Shown one piece after another: positions 1-9,748 of a stretch of DNA of 64,000 nt. Where the stretch lies: positions 30,237 to 94,236 of the forward strand of contig JAPFQF010000036.1 of NCBI GenBank assembly GCA_029255365.1. The letters run 5' to 3'. This DNA is from Nitrosopumilus sp. (GTDB lineage Archaea > Thermoproteota > Nitrososphaeria > Nitrososphaerales > Nitrosopumilaceae). The position numbers and the translations under genes are program-made. The first letter of the stretch is position 1. The number at the start of each line of letters is the position of its first letter. The notes under the pieces are model-generated. The model was not told the DNA's origin, searched no databases, and saw only the letters and a list, made by a program, of their open reading frames with translations.

Positions 1-1
1 A

Positions 2-493
2 TGGGAATTAGAAAACAAAGGTTACACTACTGACGAACCTCGCTTATCTCCGTCAACTTATGTTGCGCAACCTCCAGATGAGGGATTGCGCGCATATCTA
101 TTTGATGTTAGTAGAGCTTTGGGAAAAGAAGAAAGTGTAATGGTTGATGTGAGATCTCCTGCAGAATTTACCGGTCAAATTACGGCACCTCCAGAATATC
201 CGATGGAACATGCACAAAGAGGCGGTCATATTCCTAATGCAAATAATATTCCATGGGCAACTGCAGTTAATGATGCTGATGGCACTTTCAAAGCAGTTGA
301 AGAGTTAAGACAGAACTACGAGCCAAAAGGAGTTACTCCGGACAAAGATGTAATTTGTTACTGCAGAATAGGAGAACGTTCTTCACACAGTTGGTTTGTA
401 TTGAAATATCTGCTTGGATATCCAAAGGTTCGAAACTATGATGGTTCATGGACTGAATGGGGAAACATGATCGGAAATCCTGTGGAAAAATAA
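2..493 (+). CDS. Rhodanese-family sulfurtransferase, 5'-partial (runs off window start)
   Basis: Frame open from position 2 (WELENKGY...); [17 protein letters not shown], active-site YCRIGER and YDGSWTEWG rhodanese signature. Confidence 0.92.
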   Translation, partial: WELENKGYTTDEPRLSPSTYVAQPPDEGLRAYLFDVSRALGKEESVMVDVRSPAEFTGQITAPPEYPMEHAQRGGHIPNANNIPWATAVNDADGTFKAVEELRQNYEPKGVTPDKDVICYCRIGERSSHSWFVLKYLLGYPKVRNYDGSWTEWGNMIGNPVEK

Positions 494-494
494 A

Positions 495-806
495 TTGCTT
501 TTAGACCTTCCAGTTCTTGAGCAAGGCACTTTCTATTTTATCAAAGACGGCGAGTCTGATATTGTAATGGAGGATAAAACAAAACGAGGGCTTGAAATTA
601 AAGAAACATCGATTGACGAAAAAATTAATGTCAAAGCCGATAAAGGGATGATTCACGACATGGATGGAATTGGGCATTGGGTTCCTATTAGGTGGTATTT
701 TTCAAAGGACTCATTTGATCTATCCCAAGTGTTAATTCATGCAGAAGCCATGGAAAAAAAATACACTGAACTCAGGGAACTCACATGTCCTGATGATGAC
801 GACTGA
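495..806 (+). CDS. Hypothetical protein
   Basis: 103-aa ORF, TTG start directly after sulfurtransferase stop. Confidence 0.7.
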   Translation: MLLDLPVLEQGTFYFIKDGESDIVMEDKTKRGLEIKETSIDEKINVKADKGMIHDMDGIGHWVPIRWYFSKDSFDLSQVLIHAEAMEKKYTELRELTCPDDDD

Positions 807-843
807 TAACCTTTTTAAATAAAACTAAGTTACTAAAAACCAG

Positions 844-1794
844 ATGTCATTACTTCTTAAAGATCGAGTATGGTCCATGGAAGCTGCCACTGCAAAGCGT
901 GGTGTTTATCCGTTACATGGGTTCAAACTGGGACTTTATAGATTACCGATTAAATTAGAAGAACCTGCTGAACTAAAATCTGTTCATGATGGCCTCAAAA
1001 AGGCATTTGAAATGGACATGTACGCAGATAGGATTTACGCAACATATCGTTGGAAAGAACAAAACATGGCTGATCCTGATGCCAAAGGATACGAGGAAGT
1101 CAACTTGTCAGTTACAGTAGAAATTGTCACTGGTGAAGTTGTAGATATAATTTATCAAATTTTTCCAATTGAAAAATTCGGCGATCCTAATTGGGTTAAA
1201 GATTACAGAAAGAAAGCAGACCATTTTGCCAAATTAGTCATTGACACAATTTTGCGAAACACCATCTTGGCAGACAAAATGATTTCTCATTTTGTCAAGT
1301 CCGAAAAAATTTCCGAAGTTGCCGCCATTCAAAAACTGGAGGAACTAACACCTCTTGCAAAAATTGTTCTTGGTGCCAAACCAAAACCAGTTGAGGCGAA
1401 AAATGATGAAGAAGGGGAAGAAGATGACGATTCAATTGAGATTCCTGATGGGGCAAAACCTGGACCAATTGATGTTAATTTCAAATCAAAAATGAAATTG
1501 TCTACAGCATTTGATGCCATGGGATATTCAATCAAAACCTGGGGAAGAAAGGGTATAAACAACGGCATTATGGGAGTCTGGGGAGAATTTGTTTCGGTAG
1601 ATTACGATATTTGTATTGCAGATGGTGGATGCATTGAAGCATGTCCTGTTGGCGTATACGAATGGTTTGACACACCTGGCAATCCTGCTTCGGGACAAAA
1701 ACCGCTGATGTCAAAAGAACCTGATTGCATTTTCTGTCTTGCATGCGAGGGTGTATGTCCTCCACAAGCAATCAAGATTTTCGAGCAAAAATAA
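844..1794 (+). CDS. Ferredoxin-domain protein (C-terminal two-cluster Fe-S domain, long N-terminal extension)
   Basis: CIADGGCIEACP and CIFCLACEGVCP motifs at C-terminus. Confidence 0.88.
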   Translation: MSLLLKDRVWSMEAATAKRGVYPLHGFKLGLYRLPIKLEEPAELKSVHDGLKKAFEMDMYADRIYATYRWKEQNMADPDAKGYEEVNLSVTVEIVTGEVVDIIYQIFPIEKFGDPNWVKDYRKKADHFAKLVIDTILRNTILADKMISHFVKSEKISEVAAIQKLEELTPLAKIVLGAKPKPVEAKNDEEGEEDDDSIEIPDGAKPGPIDVNFKSKMKLSTAFDAMGYSIKTWGRKGINNGIMGVWGEFVSVDYDICIADGGCIEACPVGVYEWFDTPGNPASGQKPLMSKEPDCIFCLACEGVCPPQAIKIFEQK

Positions 1795-1847
1795 TTTTAG
1801 TTTCTTGTCATTTAAATAACAACTAGTAATTCTGTGAAATTAGGGAT

Positions 1848-3908
1848 ATGGAAATCAACCCTTTTACTTCATTTGTGTTTCATCTGTTCATTTTATCCGC
1901 TATAATTATCACGGCATACACTGTTAACTTCTATTATCTCGTGTTTCTTTCTAGAACCAGGAAAGAACTACATCGTACTGTTGATTGGGGAACTCCTACA
2001 GTTACAATCCAATTGCCCATTTACAATGAAAAGTATGTTGCAAAACGACTTGTAGATGCTGTTTGCAATTTAGATTATCCGAAAGACAGAATGCGGATAA
2101 TGGTATGTGATGATTCTGATGACGATACGGTTGAATTACTTGGAGATCTAGTCGACGATTACAAAAAACAAGGATTTCAAATCGAGCATGTGAGACGTGG
2201 AACAAGAAAAGGGTACAAGGCTGGCGCTTTAAAACATGCGATGAAAACAACTGACACTGATCTTGTTGCAATCTTTGATGCCGATTTCATCCCCCCTTCT
2301 TGGTTTCTTAAACGAGCAATACCTTATTTCTCCTCGTCAAAGATAGGGCTAGTTCAGTGCAGGTGGGGGCATATCAACGAAAACTATTCTACCATTACCC
2401 AGGTGCAGGCGCTCAGTATTGATTTTCATTTCCTTGTGGAGCAAAAAGCGAAGAGCAATTCACATCTTTTCATGAATTTTAATGGAACCGCAGGAATCTG
2501 GAGACGTGCTTGCATTGAAGATGCTGGAGGCTGGCATACCGCTACGCTTGTAGAGGATCTTGATCTAAGCTACAGGGCACAAATGAAAGGCTGGAAATGT
2601 TTATTCGTGCCTGACATTGTCGTTAAGGCTGAATTACCTGCACAAATGAACGGGGCTAAGCGGCAACAATTCCGTTGGGCAAAAGGATCAATCCAATGTG
2701 CTGTAAAATTACTCTATGACGTTGCTTTAAAACGCGATGTTGCAATTGAAGCAAAAATTCAGGCGTTTATCCAACTCACTCGTCACATTGTTTATCCACT
2801 AATACTGATACAGTTTCTGGCTTTGCCTGTGTTGCTGGTAGGAGACATTAATCTCTATGTGGTAAGCGTTCTTCCTGCTTTGACAATTGCAATGTATCTT
2901 GTAATGGGTCCTGGCGCATACCTTATTGTTATACATGGAATGTATGATAAATCATGGAAGTCTAAGGCAAAATTACTTCCGGCATTGCTTGTCTATAATG
3001 CTGGCATGGCTGTAAACAATACTGTTGCAGTATTTGATGCAGTTTTAGGTAAGAGAAATGAATTTCATAGGACTCCAAAATATGGAATCGTAACAAAACA
3101 CGATGATTGGAAGGACAAGGCTTACAATCTGCCGTTTACACAAACAACCCTTCTGGAAATATTTTTTGGCGTATATGGGATAATGGGAATTTTCATTGCC
3201 ATTTTTTCAAACAATCCGGTGTTTGTACCAATCATCGCTCTACAGGCTATTGGCTTTTTTTATATCGCGTATCTGAGTTTGGCTCACACTCAATTTAAAA
3301 GAAATAAATCAAGTGACAATCGAACAAAAACTAAGAAGGAAAAAATGGCAAATACTGTTTACAAACTTTCCATGATTGGAATACTGGGAATAATTATTTT
3401 TGGAGGATATATGGCAATTTCTGGTTATAATTCCGATATCTACCCACTTGATAGAGTTAGAGGAAACCTTGATGGCATAATCACTTCATCGGATCCAGAC
3501 GTAATTCGCAATCATTTAGTGGCAATTCAGGCCGATCTGGATATGGTGATGATAAATTTGCCTGAAACTGTTGATTCTGAAGGTAGAGTCATTTCAAAAA
3601 ACCCTGTTTGGTTATTTGGCACAGAATCTACAAATTTCCTTCGAATTCAAAACAACATAGATACGATGCTTGCAGGCGTTGATGAAATCGCATCCATTTC
3701 AAAAGACAACTCTGCATATCATACTGGAATGCTTGATGTTAACGATAGAGCGTCGATACTGAAAATCAACATAATGGATGCGACCCCGTACATGTATGTC
3801 AGTCCTGCAAATATGGTGATGAGTGCTGTCTGGGTTGCTGCAATTATTGGAATTTTTGCCGCATTAAAAAGAAAGAAAGAACAACTCAATAAACTCGACG
3901 AAGAGTGA
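1848..3908 (+). CDS. Processive GT2 glycosyltransferase (cellulose-synthase-like) with extra C-terminal membrane domain
   Basis: QLPIYNE, DDS, KAGAL, FDADF, EDLD and QQFRW (QxxRW) motifs; multiple TM helices. Confidence 0.9.
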   Translation: MEINPFTSFVFHLFILSAIIITAYTVNFYYLVFLSRTRKELHRTVDWGTPTVTIQLPIYNEKYVAKRLVDAVCNLDYPKDRMRIMVCDDSDDDTVELLGDLVDDYKKQGFQIEHVRRGTRKGYKAGALKHAMKTTDTDLVAIFDADFIPPSWFLKRAIPYFSSSKIGLVQCRWGHINENYSTITQVQALSIDFHFLVEQKAKSNSHLFMNFNGTAGIWRRACIEDAGGWHTATLVEDLDLSYRAQMKGWKCLFVPDIVVKAELPAQMNGAKRQQFRWAKGSIQCAVKLLYDVALKRDVAIEAKIQAFIQLTRHIVYPLILIQFLALPVLLVGDINLYVVSVLPALTIAMYLVMGPGAYLIVIHGMYDKSWKSKAKLLPALLVYNAGMAVNNTVAVFDAVLGKRNEFHRTPKYGIVTKHDDWKDKAYNLPFTQTTLLEIFFGVYGIMGIFIAIFSNNPVFVPIIALQAIGFFYIAYLSLAHTQFKRNKSSDNRTKTKKEKMANTVYKLSMIGILGIIIFGGYMAISGYNSDIYPLDRVRGNLDGIITSSDPDVIRNHLVAIQADLDMVMINLPETVDSEGRVISKNPVWLFGTESTNFLRIQNNIDTMLAGVDEIASISKDNSAYHTGMLDVNDRASILKINIMDATPYMYVSPANMVMSAVWVAAIIGIFAALKRKKEQLNKLDEE

Positions 3909-5402
3909 TCAAGAAATATTAAGATCTATCCTGATTTCATCCACTGCTCTAATTCCATAAATGTCTCTTACCTGCTGAATTCTGATTGATTCTTTTAACA
4001 TGTCTCTGCCTATCGTATTTGTTAAAATTGAATAGACGTCGCTGAATCTTACTTCCCACTTGTCTGCACAATCTAGTATTTTGCCAACTGCCCACTGTCT
4101 TACTTCGTGAGGTAATGGGATTTTCTCTCCGGATTCTATTGAGATTCTGTCAAACAAATTCACAATGTCAGCTGTCTGTGATGCCATTTTTTCAATGTCT
4201 TTTACAACTCCATATTTTGACTCTGCATTCATTCTGATGTTTGACTGATATTCTGAAAGCTTTAGCAAAGCCATGACCTCTTTTGATGAATTACCTGATG
4301 CCTTGCTCGTAACTTCCTTGACTGATTGTAATTCTTGAAACAGCCTTTCGGATTTTTTATGGAATTCAATCGTTGATTCATCTTGTCTCTTTAGCGTATC
4401 TGACACTGATGATATTTTTTGTTCAATGCTGTTTGTTTTGTCAAGGACGTTTTCTTTGAAATTGGAAAACTCCTTTTGAGCTGATTTCAACCCTTCTCCA
4501 ACAAACGCTGTGGAGTCTGCTCTTTGTACTAGGACGCCAATCTCAGTCTCAATTTTATCTATTTTTCCGCCTAAATCTTTGATGCTTTCAATGCTCAAAT
4601 TGTTTACGGCATTTGCTTTTGATGATATGGCGTCAAATTGTTGTTTGAGGCCGTCTATTACCCCTCCTAGCGAATCAATCTTTGATGCTTTGGATGAGAT
4701 GGCGTCAATTGTGATTTTGATTGCATCCAGCTCTGCATGGAGGTCTGTAGTTGATGCAACTCCGTCTGAAATTCTTCCAAGTTCCTGTTTGAGACTTTCA
4801 ATAATTTGAGAGCCTGTATCAAACTTTGCAGTTTTTCCTGAAATCTCCTTTATAGTATTTTTAAGATCATCCATTTCAGACCCGATTTTTAAAAATGAAT
4901 CTGACTTTCCAGAAACTTTTCTTAGGTCATCTCTTACTTCGTCAATTCTTTGAGCGATTTTGATAATCATCTGAGAATTGTTTTTAGCTGAATTTATGCT
5001 ATCTTCCACTTGTTCTGGTTTTGACAATTTTTGCAATTCGGAAATTCTGCTGATCTCTTTTTCTAGTTTGGACGTTTGGTCGTTAATTTTATTGACCAAA
5101 TTTGACTGTGATCTGACTTGGTTTAACCCGGCGTATAGTTTTTGGGTATCGCCTTCTATGATGTCGATTTGTTTTGATTGTTTTTGAATATACTCTAATG
5201 TTGATGTTAATGTGTCAATCATCCCTTTCATGGAGATTAGAACTTTTTGATTTTCACCAAATATTTTTGACATTACTTTGATCTCTTTTTGTAATGCTTT
5301 GTTTGAATCTGAAACTGATGCTACCTTTTTTAATAATGCCGAAGAATTAGGCTCTTTTTTTGCCTTTGCTGCTGTTTTCTTCTTTGTGGTTTTGGCATCC
5401 AT
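3909..5402 (-). CDS. Long coiled-coil protein
   Basis: 497 aa, heptad-rich, Lys/Ala N-terminal tail, globular C-terminus. Confidence 0.8.
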   Translation of the reverse strand: MDAKTTKKKTAAKAKKEPNSSALLKKVASVSDSNKALQKEIKVMSKIFGENQKVLISMKGMIDTLTSTLEYIQKQSKQIDIIEGDTQKLYAGLNQVRSQSNLVNKINDQTSKLEKEISRISELQKLSKPEQVEDSINSAKNNSQMIIKIAQRIDEVRDDLRKVSGKSDSFLKIGSEMDDLKNTIKEISGKTAKFDTGSQIIESLKQELGRISDGVASTTDLHAELDAIKITIDAISSKASKIDSLGGVIDGLKQQFDAISSKANAVNNLSIESIKDLGGKIDKIETEIGVLVQRADSTAFVGEGLKSAQKEFSNFKENVLDKTNSIEQKISSVSDTLKRQDESTIEFHKKSERLFQELQSVKEVTSKASGNSSKEVMALLKLSEYQSNIRMNAESKYGVVKDIEKMASQTADIVNLFDRISIESGEKIPLPHEVRQWAVGKILDCADKWEVRFSDVYSILTNTIGRDMLKESIRIQQVRDIYGIRAVDEIRIDLNIS

Positions 5403-5462
5403 GTAAAGTCATTTAAAATTTAAAGATAAAAAAGTTGGGTGTAAAATAAAACATGTAAAGAG

Positions 5463-5570
5463 TTACTTGTTTACGACTGTTGGTTCATGAAGCAGTTCAT
5501 GAAATGTTTTTTCGGCCAAACCGTTCACTGTCTCGATAAATCCTCTTGGACAATATTCGCATTGAATCAT
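5463..5570 (-). CDS. C2H2-type zinc-finger microprotein (35 aa)
   Basis: Read manually: MIQCEYCPRGFIETVNGLAEKTFHELLHEPTVVNK; CxxC...F...HxxxH; TATA-like TATTAATA about 25-30 nt upstream. Confidence 0.75.
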   Translation of the reverse strand: MIQCEYCPRGFIETVNGLAEKTFHELLHEPTVVNK

Positions 5571-5595
5571 ATAGTACGGTATGGTACCGTACTAT
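5571..5595. promoter_or_regulatory. Perfect 11-bp inverted repeat (operator-like) between the TATA box and ATG of the zinc-finger microgene
   Basis: ATAGTACGGTA-tgg-TACCGTACTAT. Confidence 0.6.
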
Positions 5596-5625
5596 TAATA
5601 CCAAGGTGATTGCAAAGTAACCAAG

Positions 5626-5693
5626 TATGCAGTCAGATACCCCAGGTCATGTCTCTTCATTTTGTTCAGCTGACCTAATCATCACTCTGCATA
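5626..5693 (-). ncRNA. C/D-box sRNA
   Basis: Minus strand: TATGCAG stem, C GTGATGA, 9-nt guide, D' CTGA, C' ATGAAGA, 17-nt guide, D CTGA, CTGCATA stem. Confidence 0.75.
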
Positions 5694-5820
5694 TTGATTA
5701 TGATGTCTGGGCATAAAGAGGTTAAATATTTCCAAAACAGATGAGCCTGGCATTGAATTGAAATCATTTTTCATATTTTCAATCCGTAATCATTTTTAAA
5801 CGAATTTGTCAACTGTTAGC

Positions 5821-7149
5821 ATGCAAAACATTCCGCTTCAACTAGATTCCGGCGGAATTCCTAGCACGCTCAACAATACTGTGACAAGCTTGGCTGATCA
5901 AATAACTCTGGAATTGCCTCATACGAGTTTTGTTACTGATTTAGCATTCATTATGATTATCGGTGCTGTTGTAACACTTGCTTTTTTCAAAATCAAACAA
6001 CCGCTGATCATAGGCTATCTTTTTGCAGGAATGTTGATTGGACCTTTATCGCCATTTTGGTCTTGGGTGTTGCCTGAAGGTGGCCCGCCGACAGATGCAT
6101 TGCACGGTGTTGGAATTCTATCTGATATTGTTGCATTGAATCTTTTTGCAGAAATCGGCGTCATCTTACTTCTCTTTGTAATTGGAATAGAGTTCCCTTA
6201 TGCGAAAATCAAGACTGTTGGTCGCGCGGCCATCGGCGTTGGAACTGTAGGGTTGTTTTTGACATTGACTGTTTTGTTCTATGCGGCAAGTGCGCTTGGG
6301 TTGGTATTCATGGATGCTTTGTTTATTGCAGCAGCGTTATCTATATCCAGCACTGCAATCATTGTCAAACTATTGGAAGAGATGGGGAGAATTAACAAAG
6401 AATCCTCCATCATGATTCTGGGAATCTTGATTGTAGAGGACGTGATAGCCGTTATTCTGATTTCCTCACTGCAATCTATTGCTCTGGTGGGAACAGTGTC
6501 CGTTGAATCAGTTGTCGTAGTTGTATTGGTTGCAGCCGGTTTGATTGTAGGAACGTTTACTATTGCAACTCGCATCATTCCTCATCTCATTGACAGAGTT
6601 GCAGCCGCAGAGCACCGCGAAATTTTACTTCTGAGTGTTCTAGGCGTTTGTTTTGGCTATGCGCTATTGGCCAATATTGTAGGCCTGTCGGTAGCAATCG
6701 GTGCATTTTTGGCAGGGGTTTTGGTTGCTGAGTCTAAATCGGCAGAAGTTGCAAAGTTACTTTCAAGTCCGATTAAAGACATGTTTGTGGCTATATTCTT
6801 TATTTCAGTTGGCGCTTTGATGGATGTGTCCCAACTTGAAAATTATATTTTTGTAGCCATCGCACTAATTGCAGTTACAATTGGCATGAAATTTGGGGGG
6901 AACATGATTGGAAATGTGATTTTTAAACAGAAACGTGGCAAAGCACTTCGTTCAGCATTTGTTTTGGCAGCTCCTAGGGGGGAATTTTCTATTGTTATTG
7001 TCAAGGTCGGTGTAGATATAGGCGCAGTTAGTGCTTTCCTATTCCCGTTAGTTGGCATTATTTCTATAATCACCGCGTTCATTTCTCCATTCCTGATAAA
7101 GACTGGCGACAAAATAATTCCATCTCTGGAAGGCAAAAAAGATGTCTGA
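5821..7149 (+). CDS. Cation:proton antiporter, CPA2 (Kef-type) family
   Basis: Many TM helices; GVILLLFVIGIE, SISSTAII, LIVED, PRGEFS motifs; ATG at 5821 (TTG at 5806 also possible). Confidence 0.9.
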   Translation: MQNIPLQLDSGGIPSTLNNTVTSLADQITLELPHTSFVTDLAFIMIIGAVVTLAFFKIKQPLIIGYLFAGMLIGPLSPFWSWVLPEGGPPTDALHGVGILSDIVALNLFAEIGVILLLFVIGIEFPYAKIKTVGRAAIGVGTVGLFLTLTVLFYAASALGLVFMDALFIAAALSISSTAIIVKLLEEMGRINKESSIMILGILIVEDVIAVILISSLQSIALVGTVSVESVVVVVLVAAGLIVGTFTIATRIIPHLIDRVAAAEHREILLLSVLGVCFGYALLANIVGLSVAIGAFLAGVLVAESKSAEVAKLLSSPIKDMFVAIFFISVGALMDVSQLENYIFVAIALIAVTIGMKFGGNMIGNVIFKQKRGKALRSAFVLAAPRGEFSIVIVKVGVDIGAVSAFLFPLVGIISIITAFISPFLIKTGDKIIPSLEGKKDV

Positions 7150-7570
7150 TGAATTAAAGCGATTCTTGGATCAGGTGCATTCTGGAATAACTACTTTTGA
7201 TTTTGAAGGGATTGAAACTCCCTGCATTGAACTAGATGAGAGAAAATATGATGAGATGCTATCAAAAGTTGCTGGAGCATCTCTGTCAATTAATACTGAT
7301 TTGAATATTTTACAGGATGGATTAGGAAATGTGTTTGTTGAAGTGAAACTGACTTTTTCAAAAGGCAACATTGTGGAAACATTTCTTGTGGATGCCAAAT
7401 CCAACCTCCATTTCTTCAAAGCCCTTACAAAGACATCCATGCTTGCACTCTCTTCACCAAAATCGAATTATGGGAAAGACAATGTGTTTATGATTCAATT
7501 GCCGCGCCCAGAAAAAGCTCAAGACGCACTTGAAATAATTCAAGATGCCCTGATTCCAAAGAATAAATAA
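7142..7570 (+). CDS. Hypothetical protein
   Basis: 142-aa ORF overlapping antiporter stop. Confidence 0.7.
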   Translation: MSDELKRFLDQVHSGITTFDFEGIETPCIELDERKYDEMLSKVAGASLSINTDLNILQDGLGNVFVEVKLTFSKGNIVETFLVDAKSNLHFFKALTKTSMLALSSPKSNYGKDNVFMIQLPRPEKAQDALEIIQDALIPKNK

Positions 7571-8017
7571 AAGACGGCCGTTTTAATGGGGAATGCAGTG
7601 CTGTGGGTGTGAACGGCAGGCTGTCATTTGACCTTTTTAGAAACTATGGGTAAAAATTTTAAAAAATATGAAAAAATTATCTAGTTTCCTGAAACAAAAT
7701 TCCAAATAAAACTGAGCAATTCTTTAATCATGAATCCCGCTCTCGAAAAAAGGAGTCAATCCGAATGCTAAATATTCGCTGACTGTGCTCGACCAAAATT
7801 TTAACCATCTGTCTGAAATTTATTTCAAACAATTCTGTATTCCGTGGCGGGTTTGTGCTCAAAATCCTATCCGTCGGGAGTACGTTTGGTGTTGGAGCGG
7901 AAGACGCTTTTGAGGCGATACGTGAAAAATGCAATGACCGTGCCATTACTTTAACCCCACGCGAGTAAAAGTAACAATTCAAAAATTATTTTAATGGCAG
8001 TTTTAGTGGTTTATTCT

Positions 8018-8362
8018 ATGAAGCGAATTGAGGCGATGGTGCCTAATATGAGACGACGTCAAGTAGTAGAAGGCATTCTCCAAGCGGGTGCAAAGGGAGT
8101 AACGTTGGTTGAAAGCCGAGGCAAAGGGGATGGTGAAAGACCTATGGTCAAGGGGGCCAGAGGTACTGCAAAATACATTGCAGATTATAACCGAATTGAC
8201 ACCATAATTACCATGGTTGACGATTCAAAAGTTGATTCTATAGTGTCTGCAATTATGAATACAGCCTACAGGGGCAACGAGGGGGACGGCATGATTTTTG
8301 TTTCTACAATCGATGAAGCGTACAAAATATCTACAAAAGAAAAAATATCTTCATTAAGTTAG
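8018..8362 (+). CDS. P-II family nitrogen regulatory protein
   Basis: MKRIEA start, GVT...RGKG, T-loop Y, GDGMIFVSTIDEAYKIST. Confidence 0.9.
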   Translation: MKRIEAMVPNMRRRQVVEGILQAGAKGVTLVESRGKGDGERPMVKGARGTAKYIADYNRIDTIITMVDDSKVDSIVSAIMNTAYRGNEGDGMIFVSTIDEAYKISTKEKISSLS

Positions 8363-8469
8363 ATCCACGCATTTGGCCTTTTTCAAAACTGTGGCAAAAA
8401 TTGCAATTACTTCCAAATGATGCAAATTGTGATTAATTGGAATTAAAATCAAGTCTCTGACGGTTTAAA

Positions 8470-9501
8470 CTAAGCATTGCCTGGAGACAGTTCTCGTTCA
8501 AGCTGGTACAGTCTGTCAATTCTTTTGTAGGTTAACGGGTGTGTTCTGAAAATCTCCCCAAACTTGCTGAAACTGCTTTTTCGTTCCCAGTCCATGGCTT
8601 TTTTCACCTCACTTTCTGAAATGTTCTGATCCTCGTAATATGAAGAGAATTTTATCACTTCATAACTTGACGCAATGGGATCTACTGCATAAAATGAGCG
8701 CAATGTGGAGTTCTTTGCTTCTTGTTTTTGTAAACTCAGGCCGTAGGTAATCTTTGCCAAGGCATTTGCAAGTATGGTTGGCTTTACCTGCCGTCCTGCA
8801 AAACTGTCTGCATAAAATTCTCTAAGGCGTGAAAAGTAAAGAATCAAAAGATTTGTTACGAAATACACTACAAATGCACCGATTCCGATTAAAACTGCAG
8901 CACTGCCTTGATTTCTTCTTCCTCCAAACATGGTGGACAATGCAATGAAATATGCTATGGTGGGAATCACTGAGATGATTGTCATGACAACCATGTCGTT
9001 ATGTTTTATGTGTCCTATTTCATGAGCGATAACTCCCATGACTTCGTCTTTTGTCAATGTGTTGAGCAGCCCGCGAGTTAAAGTTAATGTTGCAGATTTA
9101 CTTGTCCTGCCAAATACAAATGCATTGGGCATACTGGTATTTGCTATGGTGATTTTTGGGATTTTCACTTTGTTTTTGATGCAAATTTCATGAACCATCT
9201 CTTCAATCCATGGAAATTCATCTCTGTTCAGTGGACTCATATTTGTACTCCATCTTACTATTGATGGCCCTACTGCCCACTGGAACAAACCCAAGACTAC
9301 TGCCATTCCAACTGTGGCAAAAATCCCAAGATTAAAATAAAATGAAAGGCCTGCTAGCAATGCAAAGAGCAATCCAAAAACTAGAACCATTGTAAGGCTC
9401 ATTGAAGCTACAAGTCCCTTGTTCACAAACTCAGCGTTAGATGTTGAGATATAATTGTTAGAATCAAAGTCCCTATTCAAATAATCTAATTTTGCCTGCA
9501 T
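8470..9501 (-). CDS. htpX: M48 membrane zinc metalloprotease HtpX
   Basis: PNAF, HEIGH, SRLREFYAD, THP motifs. Confidence 0.9.
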   Translation of the reverse strand: MQAKLDYLNRDFDSNNYISTSNAEFVNKGLVASMSLTMVLVFGLLFALLAGLSFYFNLGIFATVGMAVVLGLFQWAVGPSIVRWSTNMSPLNRDEFPWIEEMVHEICIKNKVKIPKITIANTSMPNAFVFGRTSKSATLTLTRGLLNTLTKDEVMGVIAHEIGHIKHNDMVVMTIISVIPTIAYFIALSTMFGGRRNQGSAAVLIGIGAFVVYFVTNLLILYFSRLREFYADSFAGRQVKPTILANALAKITYGLSLQKQEAKNSTLRSFYAVDPIASSYEVIKFSSYYEDQNISESEVKKAMDWERKSSFSKFGEIFRTHPLTYKRIDRLYQLERELSPGNA

Positions 9502-9562
9502 AGGATAGACGCTCTCCTGGGGAATTGCCCCTTTGGTTCGAGGCCCTGATATGAAATAACCG

Positions 9563-9637
9563 TGCTCCCATCGGGATTCGAACCCGAGTCTTTGGCTTGA
9601 GAAGCCAAAGTGCTTAACCGGACTACACTATAGGAGC
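9563..9637 (-). tRNA. tRNA-Glu(CTC)
   Basis: Reverse complement GCTCCTATAGTGTAG...TTGGC-TT-CTC-AA-GCCAA...GGTTCGAATCC...GGGAGCA forms a cloverleaf. Confidence 0.95.
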
Positions 9638-9748
9638 TTGATGAAAAATAAATTGAATCTTAATTTAAAGGAAATGTTTTGACTTTGAATGGATTTGTAA
9701 AACTTTGTGAGTTGATTCATTTATAGAAAAATCGCCTGTAAAAAAGAC

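Noticed and set aside
7572-7982. GC-richer intergenic stretch and 84-aa minus-strand ORF upstream of P-II
   Set aside because: No recognisable protein motif or convincing RNA family features; only a weak hairpin at about 7573-7625
9563-9637. tRNA genes as integration sites for a provirus or island
   Set aside because: No integrase and no duplicated tRNA 3' end seen for any of the three tRNAs
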